From an uncultured Bacilli bacterium (GTDB lineage: Bacteria > Bacillota_I > Bacilli_A > RF39 > UBA660): a stretch of 64,000 nucleotides of DNA. Below the pieces are notes generated by a model, which ran no database searches, was not told the DNA's origin, and saw only the letters and a list, made by a program, of their open reading frames with translations. The translations under genes and the position numbers were made by a program. The stretch covers positions 3,722 to 67,721 of the forward strand of contig CANQMV010000001.1 in NCBI GenBank assembly GCA_947625085.1, written 5' to 3'. Positions 29,041-39,125 of this stretch are shown piece after piece (position 1 is the stretch's first letter; every line of letters starts with the position of its first letter).

Positions 29041-29071
29041 GTTATCCACAATTTTGGTGGATAACTTTTTT
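29041..29071. terminator. bidirectional terminator hairpin (GTTATCCAC/GTGGATAAC) shared by scpB and the convergent tRNA-Gln
   Basis: 9-bp perfect stem flanked by an A-run and a T-run. Each stem arm also matches the DnaA-box consensus TTATCCACA. Confidence 0.65.
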
Positions 29072-29080
29072 AACTAATTA

Positions 29081-29154
29081 TGGTTGCCCCAGTTAGGTTC
29101 GAACTAACGCTCATAGAGTCAGAGTCTACTGCCTTACCACTTGGCTATGGGGCA
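29081..29154 (-). tRNA. tRNA-Gln (anticodon CUG)
   Basis: Reverse complement is TGCCCCATAGCCAAGTGGTAAGGCAGTAGACTCTGACTCTATGAGCGTTAGTTCGAACCTAACTGGGGCAACCA. It has a U1-A72 pair, anticodon loop CTCTGAC, T-loop TTCGAAC, and CCA. Confidence 0.85.
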
Positions 29155-29231
29155 AGTACTAATAAATTATACTAAAGATATTTTAAAAAAGCAACTTGGA
29201 AATTTAGTTTAATTAAGTTATAATAAGTTAG

Positions 29232-29444
29232 ATGTTTATGAAAAAAATGTTGATAAAATTAATTCGCACTTATCAAAAAATTCCTGGTAATTTTCATTAT
29301 AATTGTAAATTTATACCAACTTGTTCCGAATATGCAATTGAAGCTATCGAACGTTATGGAGCAGTTAAAGGGCTAATAATTTCCTTAAAAAGACTTATTC
29401 GTTGTAATCCTTTTTCAAAAGGAGGATATGACCCTTTAAAATAA
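29232..29444 (+). CDS. yidD: membrane protein insertion efficiency factor YidD
   Basis: [30 protein letters not shown] core. Confidence 0.8.
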   Translation: MFMKKMLIKLIRTYQKIPGNFHYNCKFIPTCSEYAIEAIERYGAVKGLIISLKRLIRCNPFSKGGYDPLK

Positions 29445-29452
29445 AAAAATGT

Positions 29453-30355
29453 TTATTCACTATAAACACTTTTATCATATGTATGTTCAGAAGTATCTAA
29501 TTTAAGCATTTCCTTTGAAGTTATCAAAAAGAAAGTATATTCTAAAGACTCAGTTCCATCTTGACGAATTGGGTCATCCCAAGTCAAATCAAGATTATAC
29601 CATTTATTATCTAAATAAACATAATTCCATACATGATTGTCACTTGAAATTTTATAATTTTTAACCCCAAACTTTTCTAAAAATAACATCATACTATCGG
29701 TATAACCACCACATAAAGCATAACCTTCAATTAAAGCTCCATAAGCAGTATCTGATTTATATTTAATAATATTATTATCACTTCTTTCTTTATCGTATTT
29801 AGTATGATTAATAATATAATTATGAATGGTTCTAATTTTTTCTTTTAAAGTCATATCGTCTTTAATATTTTCTTTTATTATTTCATCAACTTTATAATCT
29901 AAAATTATTTGCATTTCTTTAGTATAATTACGATTTATATTTAAAGTAACTTTTCCTAAAGAATCAATTTCAGTTTGTAAATCTTTAAAACCATTATATG
30001 GATGAACAAAATTATTAATATTAGAAATAGTTACTTGATTATTAGCAATATCAGTTACATCATTAATACAATTTTCATATTCCTTACTACAATAAAAAGT
30101 AAAATTATCCATTCCACTGTTAATAACCGTATAATAAATGTTTAATATATCTTGTTTATTAGTAGGATTAAAATTTTTAGTATTAGAAACGTATTTGAAA
30201 CTATAATTTCTTGAATAAGCATTATTTTGAAGTTGAGTTGGGACTTGTTCATTTTTATTAAAATAATGATTATAACATGTTAAAATTTCCTCTTTATAGC
30301 AAAGTGTTAAAGAAAATAAAGTTAAAATTATTAAAATATATATAACTTTTTTCAC
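29453..30355 (-). CDS. secreted transglutaminase-like cysteine protease superfamily protein
   Basis: Signal peptide. Cys-His-Asp core (ALCGGYT ... HVWNYV ... DLTWDD). GTG start with RBS GAGGGTGA. Confidence 0.7.
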   Translation of the reverse strand: MKKVIYILIILTLFSLTLCYKEEILTCYNHYFNKNEQVPTQLQNNAYSRNYSFKYVSNTKNFNPTNKQDILNIYYTVINSGMDNFTFYCSKEYENCINDVTDIANNQVTISNINNFVHPYNGFKDLQTEIDSLGKVTLNINRNYTKEMQIILDYKVDEIIKENIKDDMTLKEKIRTIHNYIINHTKYDKERSDNNIIKYKSDTAYGALIEGYALCGGYTDSMMLFLEKFGVKNYKISSDNHVWNYVYLDNKWYNLDLTWDDPIRQDGTESLEYTFFLITSKEMLKLDTSEHTYDKSVYSE

Positions 30356-30427
30356 AAGTCTTCACCCTCTTATATTCTATCATAAAAATTTCAAAAAAAT
30401 ACAAAAAAAGTAACATTTTAAATGTTA

Positions 30428-30691
30428 CTAATTCATTTTGTTTACAGATTTTGTTAATCGAGACTTTAATCTTGCTGCTTTATTTTTATGAACGATATTA
30501 ATATCTTGTGCTTTATCGATATTTCTTAAAGTTGTATTTAAAAGTTCTTTACTTTCTTCTTTGTTACCATCTTTAATAGTTTTTTCTAATTTTTTAATAG
30601 AATTTTTCATTCTTGAATCTACTAAAATATTTTCTTCACATTTTCTAGCATTAGTTAATACACGTTTTTTAGCACTTTTAATATTTGGCAT
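30428..30691 (-). CDS. rpsT: 30S ribosomal protein S20
   Basis: MPNIKSAKKR N-terminus. 87 aa, basic. Confidence 0.9.
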   Translation of the reverse strand: MPNIKSAKKRVLTNARKCEENILVDSRMKNSIKKLEKTIKDGNKEESKELLNTTLRNIDKAQDINIVHKNKAARLKSRLTKSVNKMN

Positions 30692-30799
30692 CTTGTCACC
30701 TCTTTCTTAAAACACATATATAATAGCAAATTTTTACCTTAAAAGTCAATAATTATTAGTATTTTTAGCAAAATAATCCATACTATTTATGGTGATTTT

Positions 30800-31798
30800 A
30801 TGCATAAAGTTGATTTAGCTAAGTATAATGTTCGGTCGGATTTAATTATTGAACATGATTCTTCAGACTATATTAAAGAAAGTTATCAAGATTCTAATGT
30901 TAAAGTTGATTATATAAGATTAGATAAAAAAAATCTTTTAAATAAAAAAGAAGGCGATTATATTACAATTAGTTTTGAAGATATAACTGATAGTAGTAAT
31001 TTCTCTAAAGTTTTAAAAGTTTTAAATAAAGAGTTAAAACGAATTTTTACTTTAAGTAAAATTGAGAATGATGCTAAATGTCTAATAATAGGTCTTGGTA
31101 ATAAAAAATCAACTCCAGACGCCCTTGGAAGTGAAGTTTTACAAAATATAATTGTAACTAGACATTTATATGAAATAGGGGATGTTGATTTTAAATATCG
31201 AAATGTAGCAATTTTTGAACCTAATGTAATTGGTAATACGGGAATTGAATCTAAAGATTTAATCTTTAGTGTTATTAAAACAATTAAACCAGATTTTGTA
31301 ATTACAATTGATTCTTTGGCGGCTTTAAGTTTAGATAGAGTTCAAAAAACTATTCAAATAACTAATACGGGAATTGAACCTGGCTCAGGAATTGGTAATG
31401 CTCGAGGGGAAATATCTAAAAATACAATTGGAATTCCTGTTATTGCAATTGGAGTTCCAACGGTTGTTTCCAGTGCAGTTATTGTAAATGATACTTTAAA
31501 CTATTTATTAAAAAAAATAAGTTATCATAAAAATAATTATCAAAAAGATAAATTAGTATCAAAATATAATATTAATTATTTAAAAGAAGAAAAAGAATTG
31601 AGTGCTCTTGAAAAAAGAGAAGTTTTAGGATTAGTTGGGTCTTTAAGTGAAGAGGAAGTTAAAGAATTAATTTTTGAAGTCTTAAATCCTATTGGTTATA
31701 ATTTAATAGTAACAACTAAAGAAATTGATTATACAATTAGAGAATTTGGAAAATTAATTGGTGATTCTTTAAATGAAATTCTTCATGAGAAAAATTAG
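30800..31798 (+). CDS. gpr: germination protease (spore SASP endopeptidase)
   Basis: N-terminal YNVRSDLIIE block and conserved GLGN motif typical of Gpr. Confidence 0.8.
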   Translation: MHKVDLAKYNVRSDLIIEHDSSDYIKESYQDSNVKVDYIRLDKKNLLNKKEGDYITISFEDITDSSNFSKVLKVLNKELKRIFTLSKIENDAKCLIIGLGNKKSTPDALGSEVLQNIIVTRHLYEIGDVDFKYRNVAIFEPNVIGNTGIESKDLIFSVIKTIKPDFVITIDSLAALSLDRVQKTIQITNTGIEPGSGIGNARGEISKNTIGIPVIAIGVPTVVSSAVIVNDTLNYLLKKISYHKNNYQKDKLVSKYNINYLKEEKELSALEKREVLGLVGSLSEEEVKELIFEVLNPIGYNLIVTTKEIDYTIREFGKLIGDSLNEILHEKN

Positions 31799-31919
31799 TT
31801 AATAAAACCATTATTTATTTTAAAATAGGTAATGGTTTTATTTTAAGGCAAAATTATTAATTTTATATGCAATTTTCTTAATTAATGTTATAATAATAAT
31901 GTTTTACAAGGAGGTTGTT

Positions 31920-33227
31920 ATGTTTGAAAGTTTAGGAGATAGATTACAAAAAGTTCTTCATAAAGCTAAAGGTTATGGCAAAATTACAGAAGAAAACATA
32001 AGTGAAATGGTTAAAGAAGTAAGAGTTGCTTTACTAGAAGCTGATGTTAATTATAAAGTTGTTAAAGAATTTACCTCTAAAGTTAAAGAAAAGGCTTTAG
32101 GAGTTGAAGTTTTAAATAGTTTAAAACCAGGTGAAGTATTTGTTAAAATTGTTAATGATGAATTAACAGAACTTTTAGGTGGTGAAAGTGAAGATTTAAA
32201 TTTAAAAGGAAATCCTGCAATTTTAATGTTAGTTGGATTACAAGGAAGTGGAAAAACGACAACTATTGGTAAACTTGCTAATTTACTTCGTAAAAAATAT
32301 CATAAAAAACCATTATTAGTTGCCTGTGATATTTATAGACCAGCAGCGATTGACCAATTAAAACAAATTGGTCTTGAACTTGGCATGTTTGTTTATGAAA
32401 AAGGTCTTTCTAACCCGGTTGAAACTTCAAAAGAAGCGATTAAATATGCTAAAGACAATAATTATGATTATGTTTTAATTGATACGGCTGGACGTCTTCA
32501 TATAGATTCTGATTTAATGGATGAACTTGTTAATATTAAAGAAGCAGTTAACCCAGATGAAATTATGTTAGTAATTGATGCTATGATGGGTCAAGATGCC
32601 ATTAATGTTATAACGGGCTTTAATGAAGCCATAAAATTAACAGGAGTTGTTTTAACTAAACTTGATGGTGATACAAGAGGTGGAGTTGCGCTTTCAGTTA
32701 GACATTTAACTAATGTTCCAATTAAATTTATGGGAACCAGTGAAAAAATGGATGGATTAGAATTATTTGACCCTAAAAGAATGGCTGGAAGAATTCTTGG
32801 AATGGGAGATATTGTTTCTTTAGTTGAAAAAGCTAGTGAAGTAATTGATGAAAAAGAAGCCAGTAATTCTTTAAAAAAACTTCAAAAAGGTAAATACGAT
32901 TTAGATGATTTTTTAAATCAAATGAAACAACTTCGCAAAATGGGCCCCCTTGAAAATTTAATAAAATTAATTCCGGGAGCAAGTAAAATGGGACTTAATA
33001 AAATTCAAATTGACCCTAAACAACTGGCGAGAATAGAAGCCATTATTCTTTCTATGACTATTTTAGAACGAAAAAATCCTTCAATTATTAAAGCAAGTAG
33101 AAAAACGAGAATAGCTAAAGGGTCTGGAGTTAGTGTTATGGAAGTAAATAAACTTTTAGAACAATTTGAAAATTATAAAAAACTAGTTAAAAGTGCTATG
33201 AATGGTAATTTAAAGTTACCTTTTTAG
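31920..33227 (+). CDS. ffh: signal recognition particle protein Ffh
   Basis: NG domain GLQGSGKTTT and DTAGR motifs. Met-rich M domain. RBS AAGGAGG. Confidence 0.95.
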   Translation: MFESLGDRLQKVLHKAKGYGKITEENISEMVKEVRVALLEADVNYKVVKEFTSKVKEKALGVEVLNSLKPGEVFVKIVNDELTELLGGESEDLNLKGNPAILMLVGLQGSGKTTTIGKLANLLRKKYHKKPLLVACDIYRPAAIDQLKQIGLELGMFVYEKGLSNPVETSKEAIKYAKDNNYDYVLIDTAGRLHIDSDLMDELVNIKEAVNPDEIMLVIDAMMGQDAINVITGFNEAIKLTGVVLTKLDGDTRGGVALSVRHLTNVPIKFMGTSEKMDGLELFDPKRMAGRILGMGDIVSLVEKASEVIDEKEASNSLKKLQKGKYDLDDFLNQMKQLRKMGPLENLIKLIPGASKMGLNKIQIDPKQLARIEAIILSMTILERKNPSIIKASRKTRIAKGSGVSVMEVNKLLEQFENYKKLVKSAMNGNLKLPF

Positions 33228-33236
33228 AGGTGAAGT

Positions 33237-33998
33237 ATGCAAATAGAACTTAAAGATTTATCTGTTGAAGTAAACGATAAAGAAATTTTAAAAAATTTTA
33301 ATTTAAAGATTAATAAAGGGGAAATCCATGCAATTATGGGACCAAATGGAGTTGGTAAATCAACTTTATCAAAAGTTATTATGGGTTATCCTGATTATAA
33401 TATTTTAAATGGTGATATTTTAGTTGATAATAATTCAATTTTAAATTTACCAATTAATATGCGAAGTAAATTAGGTATCTTTTTAGTTTATCAAAATCCA
33501 ATTAGTATTGAAGGAGTCAATGAAAGTGAATTAATTAAAGCCAGTGTTGACCAAAATAGATTAGAAAAATTAAGTTTATATGACTTTATTTTAGAACTTG
33601 AAGATAAAGCTTCTGATTTAGAAATGGATAAAAAAATGCTTCATCGAAGTTTTAATTTAGGTTTTTCAGGTGGCGAAAAGAAAAAAAATGAAATTCTATG
33701 GGCTTTAATGTTAAAACCCAAATTTATAATTTTAGATGAATTAGATTCAGGACTTGATGTTGATAGTCTAAAGATAGTAACAGAGGCTTTAAATAAATAT
33801 TTAAAAGAAAATAAAGAAACAAGTGTTTTAATTATTACCCATTATACAAGAATTCTTGATTATATAAAACCAGATTTTGTTCATAAAATGCAAGATGGAA
33901 AAATTGCTTTAAGTGGAACCTTTAAACTTGCTAAATTAATTGAAAAGTATGGTTATAATCAGTCATTTGATATAAAAGGAGAGACTGATTTTGAATAA
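33237..33998 (+). CDS. sufC: Fe-S cluster assembly ATPase SufC
   Basis: ABC ATPase with GPNGVGKST, LSGGEKKK signature, and ILDELDSGLD. Confidence 0.9.
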   Translation: MQIELKDLSVEVNDKEILKNFNLKINKGEIHAIMGPNGVGKSTLSKVIMGYPDYNILNGDILVDNNSILNLPINMRSKLGIFLVYQNPISIEGVNESELIKASVDQNRLEKLSLYDFILELEDKASDLEMDKKMLHRSFNLGFSGGEKKKNEILWALMLKPKFIILDELDSGLDVDSLKIVTEALNKYLKENKETSVLIITHYTRILDYIKPDFVHKMQDGKIALSGTFKLAKLIEKYGYNQSFDIKGETDFE

Positions 33999-34683
33999 AA
34001 TACTTATGGATACTAGAAATTATCATTTAATAATAAAAAAAGATGAAGTTTATTTTCTTACTAATGAAGAAGATTTAGAAAATTTAGTAATTGATGTTAA
34101 AGAAAATACTAAATCAACAATTTATTTATTATTTAAAAATCTAAAATCCAAAATTTATATTAATTTAGAGGCTAATGCTTTTTTAACTGTTAATAGTTTA
34201 GCCCTTGATTCTAGTATTGATATTTATTCTAATTTAAAACCTTCAAGTACCCTTTATTATGTTAATAGTATTATAACTAACAAAGATTCAATTAATAATA
34301 TTGAAATAAAAGAAGAAAGTAATGCTTCTTGTAATTTTTATATTCAAGGAATTAATTTAGCAAATAAAAAACTTTATTTTAGAGTTGATGGAATAATTAA
34401 GAAAAATTGTTGTAATGTTTATTTAAATGAAAATACTCAAATTATTAATATTTTAGATGGAGATAGTAAAATTATTCCTAATTTAATGGTTTCTTTAAAA
34501 GATGTTTCAGCTATTCATTCAGCTTATATTGGAACTTTTAATAAAGAAGCACTTTGGTATTTAAATTCTAGGGGATTATCTGATACTAGTGCCAAAAAAA
34601 TATTAATTAAAGCATTTTTATTAAAAAATATGCAATTAAATGAATTAGAAGAAAATTTTAATGAGTTTTTAACTTTAATTTAA
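33991..34683 (+). CDS. short SufB/SufD-family protein (230 aa)
   Basis: C-terminal block ALWYLNSRGLSDTSAKKILIKAF matches the SufB/D C-terminal consensus. TTG start with RBS AAGGAGAG. Confidence 0.55.
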   Translation: MNKILMDTRNYHLIIKKDEVYFLTNEEDLENLVIDVKENTKSTIYLLFKNLKSKIYINLEANAFLTVNSLALDSSIDIYSNLKPSSTLYYVNSIITNKDSINNIEIKEESNASCNFYIQGINLANKKLYFRVDGIIKKNCCNVYLNENTQIINILDGDSKIIPNLMVSLKDVSAIHSAYIGTFNKEALWYLNSRGLSDTSAKKILIKAFLLKNMQLNELEENFNEFLTLI

Positions 34684-34696
34684 AAAAGGAGGTGAT

Positions 34697-35902
34697 TTGA
34701 TGAATCGAGATGATTTTAAAATGTTTTTAAATAATCCTGATTTAATTTATTTTGATAATGGAGCAACTACTTTTAAACCTAATCAAGTAATTAATGCTGT
34801 TGTTGATTATTATACTAAATATACAGCTAATGCTCATCGAGGAGATTATGATATTAGTAATAAGGTTGATACTTTTTATGAAGATACTAGAAGAGTAGTT
34901 AAAGATTTTATAAATGCTAAAGATGAATCAGAGATAATTTTTACTAAAGGAACAACTGATAGTATGAATATGATTGTCTTTTCTTTTATGAAATATTATT
35001 TACAAAAAGGTGATGAAGTTTTAATTACTAAAGCTGAACATGCTAGTAATGTCTTACCATGGTTTGAACTTGAAAAAGAAATAGGAATAGTTGTTAAATT
35101 TATTCCTTTAGATAGTAATTATAAAGTAACTTTAGAAAATATTCAAAAAGTAGTAACTAAAAAAACCAAAGTGATATCTTTAGCATATGTTACTAATGTA
35201 ATAGGTGATATAAGACCAATTCATGAAATTTCCAAATTTGCTCATCAATATGGAATGTTATTAGTTGTAGATGGAGCTCAAAGTGTTCCTCATATGAAAA
35301 CCGATGTATTAGCTGATGATATTGACTTTTTAGCTTTTTCTGGACATAAAATGTTAGCTCCAACCGGAATTGGGGTTTTATATGGCAAAAGAAGATACTT
35401 AGAAGTTATGAAACCTTTAGAATATGGAGGAGGAATGAATGCTCGTTTCGAAAGTACAAAAGATTTAGAATATAAAGAACTTCCTCTTCGACTTGAAGCT
35501 GGTACTATGAATATTGCTGGGGTTTTAGGACTTAAAGCTGCAATTTTATATTTAAAAAATATTGGTCTTGAAAAAATACATAAATACGAACAAGAATTAA
35601 AAAAATATTTATTAGAAAGACTTAAAGAAGTTTCTAATATTACAGTTTATAATGAAAAAAGCGAAGCGGGAATTGTTACCTTTAATATTAATAATATTTT
35701 TTCAGAAGATACATCAAGATACCTAAATCATTATAAAATTTGTGTTCGAGCTGGAAATCATTGTACTAAAATGATAAAAGATGATTTAGGGGTTAAAAAT
35801 ACTTGTCGAATTAGTTTATATTTTTATAATACTAAAGAAGAAGTTGATAAATTAATTGAAGTTTTACAAAATAGTGATAAAATATATGAAATTATTTTAT
35901 AA
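34697..35902 (+). CDS. sufS: cysteine desulfurase (class V aminotransferase, SufS-like)
   Basis: PLP Lys motif SGHKM. Active-site Cys context in RAGNHCT. Confidence 0.85.
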   Translation: MMNRDDFKMFLNNPDLIYFDNGATTFKPNQVINAVVDYYTKYTANAHRGDYDISNKVDTFYEDTRRVVKDFINAKDESEIIFTKGTTDSMNMIVFSFMKYYLQKGDEVLITKAEHASNVLPWFELEKEIGIVVKFIPLDSNYKVTLENIQKVVTKKTKVISLAYVTNVIGDIRPIHEISKFAHQYGMLLVVDGAQSVPHMKTDVLADDIDFLAFSGHKMLAPTGIGVLYGKRRYLEVMKPLEYGGGMNARFESTKDLEYKELPLRLEAGTMNIAGVLGLKAAILYLKNIGLEKIHKYEQELKKYLLERLKEVSNITVYNEKSEAGIVTFNINNIFSEDTSRYLNHYKICVRAGNHCTKMIKDDLGVKNTCRISLYFYNTKEEVDKLIEVLQNSDKIYEIIL

Positions 35903-35942
35903 ATAAATTTAAATAAAGTTAAAAATAAAAGTTGGAGATAAT

Positions 35943-36380
35943 ATGGATAATAATTTTAAAAGAGAATTAATGATAGATAATTGTAATAATCCTTATCATA
36001 AAAGAAAAATAGAAACGAAAGATTTTATTAAGGCTAATACTAATAATGAATCTTGTATTGACAATATTGATTTATATGTTAAAGTAGAAAATGATGTGAT
36101 AGTTGATGCATATTTTGATGGCGAAGCTTGTGCGGTTACAACTAGTGCAACTAGTATCATGTTAAGAAAAATTATTGGGAAAAGTTTAGAAGAGGCAAGA
36201 GTTATTATGCGGGAATATTTTAAAATGATAAATGAAGAAGATTATCAAGATGAGGTTTTAGGCGAACTTAATATTTATCAAGATATATCAAAACAACCAA
36301 GTAGAAAGAAATGCGCATTATTACCTTTTCAAACTTTAGAAAAGACCTTTAAGATATATGAAAGTGAGAGTTGTAAATGA
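35943..36380 (+). CDS. sufU: SUF-system NifU-like Fe-S scaffold (SufU)
   Basis: Three conserved Cys contexts (CIDNIDL, GEACAVT, KKCALL). Confidence 0.75.
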   Translation: MDNNFKRELMIDNCNNPYHKRKIETKDFIKANTNNESCIDNIDLYVKVENDVIVDAYFDGEACAVTTSATSIMLRKIIGKSLEEARVIMREYFKMINEEDYQDEVLGELNIYQDISKQPSRKKCALLPFQTLEKTFKIYESESCK

Positions 36381-37036
36381 AAACAAAAGATTTATTTCAA
36401 ATAGGTGATAGTATTGCTCATGATTATATTATAAATTATGAGTATCCTTATCAAGTTTTACCTAATATTAAAGATATTATAATCGAAATAGGTAAAAATT
36501 TAGGTGATGGGTATTATTTACTTAAAGAAAATGTTTGGGTTTCCAAAAGTGCTAAACTAGCTGATACGGTTTTTATAAATGGGCCATGTATTATTGATGA
36601 AAATGCTGAAATTAGACCATCAGCTTTTATAAGAGGAAATGCCATTATTGGTAAAAATAGTGTTTTAGGTAATTCATGTGAAATAAAAAATGCTATTTTA
36701 TATGATAATGTTCAAGTCCCCCATTTTAATTATGTTGGCGATTCAATTTTAGGAAATTATGCTCATATGGGAGCAGGAAGTATCACTTCTAATGTTAAAA
36801 GTGATAAAAGCCTTGTTGTTATAAAAAATGGTTTAGAAACTTATGAAACTAAATTAAAAAAAGTTGGAGCTTTTTTAGGTGATTATGTTGAAGTTGGCTG
36901 CAATAGTGTTTTAACTCCGGGAACAATTATTTTACCTCATACTAATATTTATCCGTTAGTAATGGTTCGAGGAGTAATTAAGGCCTCATCAATAGTAAAA
37001 AGTATGGATAATATTGTTTTAAAGGAGAATAGGTAA
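36377..37036 (+). CDS. left-handed beta-helix (hexapeptide-repeat) acetyltransferase-like protein
   Basis: Tandem [LIV]-G-x-x-x-x hexapeptides. Overlaps the sufU stop and abuts glmM. Confidence 0.55.
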   Translation: MKTKDLFQIGDSIAHDYIINYEYPYQVLPNIKDIIIEIGKNLGDGYYLLKENVWVSKSAKLADTVFINGPCIIDENAEIRPSAFIRGNAIIGKNSVLGNSCEIKNAILYDNVQVPHFNYVGDSILGNYAHMGAGSITSNVKSDKSLVVIKNGLETYETKLKKVGAFLGDYVEVGCNSVLTPGTIILPHTNIYPLVMVRGVIKASSIVKSMDNIVLKENR

Positions 37037-38379
37037 TGGGAAAGTTATTTGGAACTGATGGAGTAAGGGGCCTAGTTGGAAGCGAATTAACTGTTAATTT
37101 AGCTATGAAAATTGGAGCTAGTGTTGCTAGAGTTTTAAAAGAAGAATTACAAAAATCAAAATTAACATTTTTAGTAGGATGTGATACTAGAATATCAAAA
37201 GATATGTTAGCAAATGCTTTGATTGCTGGTTTTTTAAGCGAGGGACATGATATCCTTAATTTAGGAGTTATTCCAACTCCTGCTGTTTCTTATTTAATAA
37301 AAAAATATAATGCCGATGGTGGCTTTGTTATTTCCGCAAGTCATAATAAAAGTGAATATAATGGCATTAAAGTTTTTGATAGTGAAGGTTTTAAATTAAA
37401 AGATGAACTTGAAGATAAAGTAGAAAAATTACTTTTAGATGATAATTTTGCTTATAATACTAAAATAAATGATGTTGGAGTAATGATAGAAAGAGATGCC
37501 GAAGATGATTATGTTGACTTTTTAAAAAGTACTGTAAACATTGAAAAAATTCCTTTTAAAATTGCGATTGATACTAGTAATGGAGCAACTTCTGTAACTG
37601 CTAAAAAGTTATTTTCAAAGTTTGAGGTTGATTTTTCTTTAATAAATTGTAATCCCGATGGTTATAATATTAATCTTAACTGTGGTTCTACGCATTTAGA
37701 AAGTTTAAAAGAATATGTTTTAAAAAATAAATGTGATTTAGGAATTGCTTATGATGGTGATGGTGATAGGGCTTTATTTATTTCGGAAAAAGGAGAAGAG
37801 ATAGATGGGGATTATATTTTAGCAATTTGTAGTAAATATATGAAGTTAGATAGTATTGTTGGAACTGTTATGTCTAATTTAGGTCTTATTAAATATGCCT
37901 CTCTTAATAATTTAAATTTTGTATCAACTAAAGTAGGGGACCGCTTTGTATTAGAAGAAATGCTTAAAAATAACTATTCATTAGGTGGAGAACAAAGTGG
38001 TCATATTATTTTTAAAGATTATTTAAATACTGGAGATGGCGAATTAACGTCTTTAAAATTATTAGAAATAATGACAAAGGAAAATCAAAAATTAGGAACC
38101 CTTAAAAATATTATGCGAAAATATCCCCAAGTTTTAGTTAATTTAGAAGTAACAAGAGAAGTTCGAGATAATTTTTCTAATATTGAAGAAATTCAAACTA
38201 AGATTCATGAATATGAAAATATTTTAGGAAGTAATGGGCGAATTGTTGTTCGTAAAAGTGGAACTGAAAATTTAATTAGAATAATGATTGAAGGGGAAGA
38301 TATAAAAGAAATTACTGATTATGCAAATAGTCTTGCCCAATATATTAAAGAGGTATTAAAAACAAAGAGTAGCAGTTAA
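37036..38379 (+). CDS. glmM: phosphoglucosamine mutase
   Basis: GTDGVRG N-terminus and the active-site Ser block SASHNKSEYNGIK. Confidence 0.9.
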   Translation: MGKLFGTDGVRGLVGSELTVNLAMKIGASVARVLKEELQKSKLTFLVGCDTRISKDMLANALIAGFLSEGHDILNLGVIPTPAVSYLIKKYNADGGFVISASHNKSEYNGIKVFDSEGFKLKDELEDKVEKLLLDDNFAYNTKINDVGVMIERDAEDDYVDFLKSTVNIEKIPFKIAIDTSNGATSVTAKKLFSKFEVDFSLINCNPDGYNINLNCGSTHLESLKEYVLKNKCDLGIAYDGDGDRALFISEKGEEIDGDYILAICSKYMKLDSIVGTVMSNLGLIKYASLNNLNFVSTKVGDRFVLEEMLKNNYSLGGEQSGHIIFKDYLNTGDGELTSLKLLEIMTKENQKLGTLKNIMRKYPQVLVNLEVTREVRDNFSNIEEIQTKIHEYENILGSNGRIVVRKSGTENLIRIMIEGEDIKEITDYANSLAQYIKEVLKTKSSS

Positions 38380-38539
38380 TGCTATTTTTTGCTTTTTATA
38401 TAAAAAAGTTATATAAAATTAAACTAGCCAATTTTTATAGCTAAATATTTTTAGAATTAGGAGAATAAAGTTTAGAAATTTATAATTTTATTTTTGCTCT
38501 TACAGTTTAGTCAAGAGGTATAAAAATTTTTGTTTAGTT

Positions 38540-38589
38540 CTTGTTTTACTTATTATTGCTTAATCTTGTTTTACTTATTATTGCTTAAT
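38540..38589. repeat. perfect 25-bp tandem duplication (CTTGTTTTACTTATTATTGCTTAAT x2) in the upstream region of the 38634 operon
   Basis: Two identical adjacent copies at 38540-38564 and 38565-38589. Confidence 0.85.
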
Positions 38590-38633
38590 CATAAAATTTA
38601 TTGTATAATACAAATATCGTAGTGGAGGAAATT

Positions 38634-39125
38634 ATGGATTTTATAAAGAAAAATAAATATGTAATTATAGTAGTGGTTATTTTTTTAGCTTTAGTAGTAA
38701 TTACAGCTGAGGCTAAAGCCTTTTTAGTTCCCGATGAAGGAAAAGCGGTTTATGGAAATCGTTTAGATGATATTGATAAACATAAGATTGAGGAAAGTTT
38801 TTATGATGATGCTATTTCCAAATTAAAAGAAAATGATAAAGTTATTGATGTTAGTTATAAACTTCATGGTAAAATTATTAATTTTATGATTACAGTTAAT
38901 AATGATGTAAGTATAAATGATGCTAAAACTATTGCTAATAGTGTAGTTCCTTTATTTAAAAATGATGAATTAAATTATTATACATTACAAGTTTATGTTT
39001 TAAAAGAAGATGAAACTTTAAATAATTTTCCAATTATAGGTTATAAGGGTACCGAAAGTAAAGAGTTAGTGTTTACTAAAGATAGAGAAATAACTGTTGA
39101 TGAGGAAACTAAAGATGAAGAATAA
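38634..39125 (+). CDS. hypothetical membrane-anchored protein
   Basis: N-terminal TM. RBS GGAGGAAATT. Confidence 0.5.
   Translation: MDFIKKNKYVIIVVVIFLALVVITAEAKAFLVPDEGKAVYGNRLDDIDKHKIEESFYDDAISKLKENDKVIDVSYKLHGKIINFMITVNNDVSINDAKTIANSVVPLFKNDELNYYTLQVYVLKEDETLNNFPIIGYKGTESKELVFTKDREITVDEETKDEE

Noticed and set aside
29041-29065. Hairpin made of two inverted perfect DnaA-box-like sequences (TTATCCACA), considered as an origin-associated DnaA box cluster
   Set aside because: There is a single pair only, and it sits exactly where a bidirectional terminator between scpB and tRNA-Gln is expected. No AT-rich unwinding element or dnaA gene is nearby.
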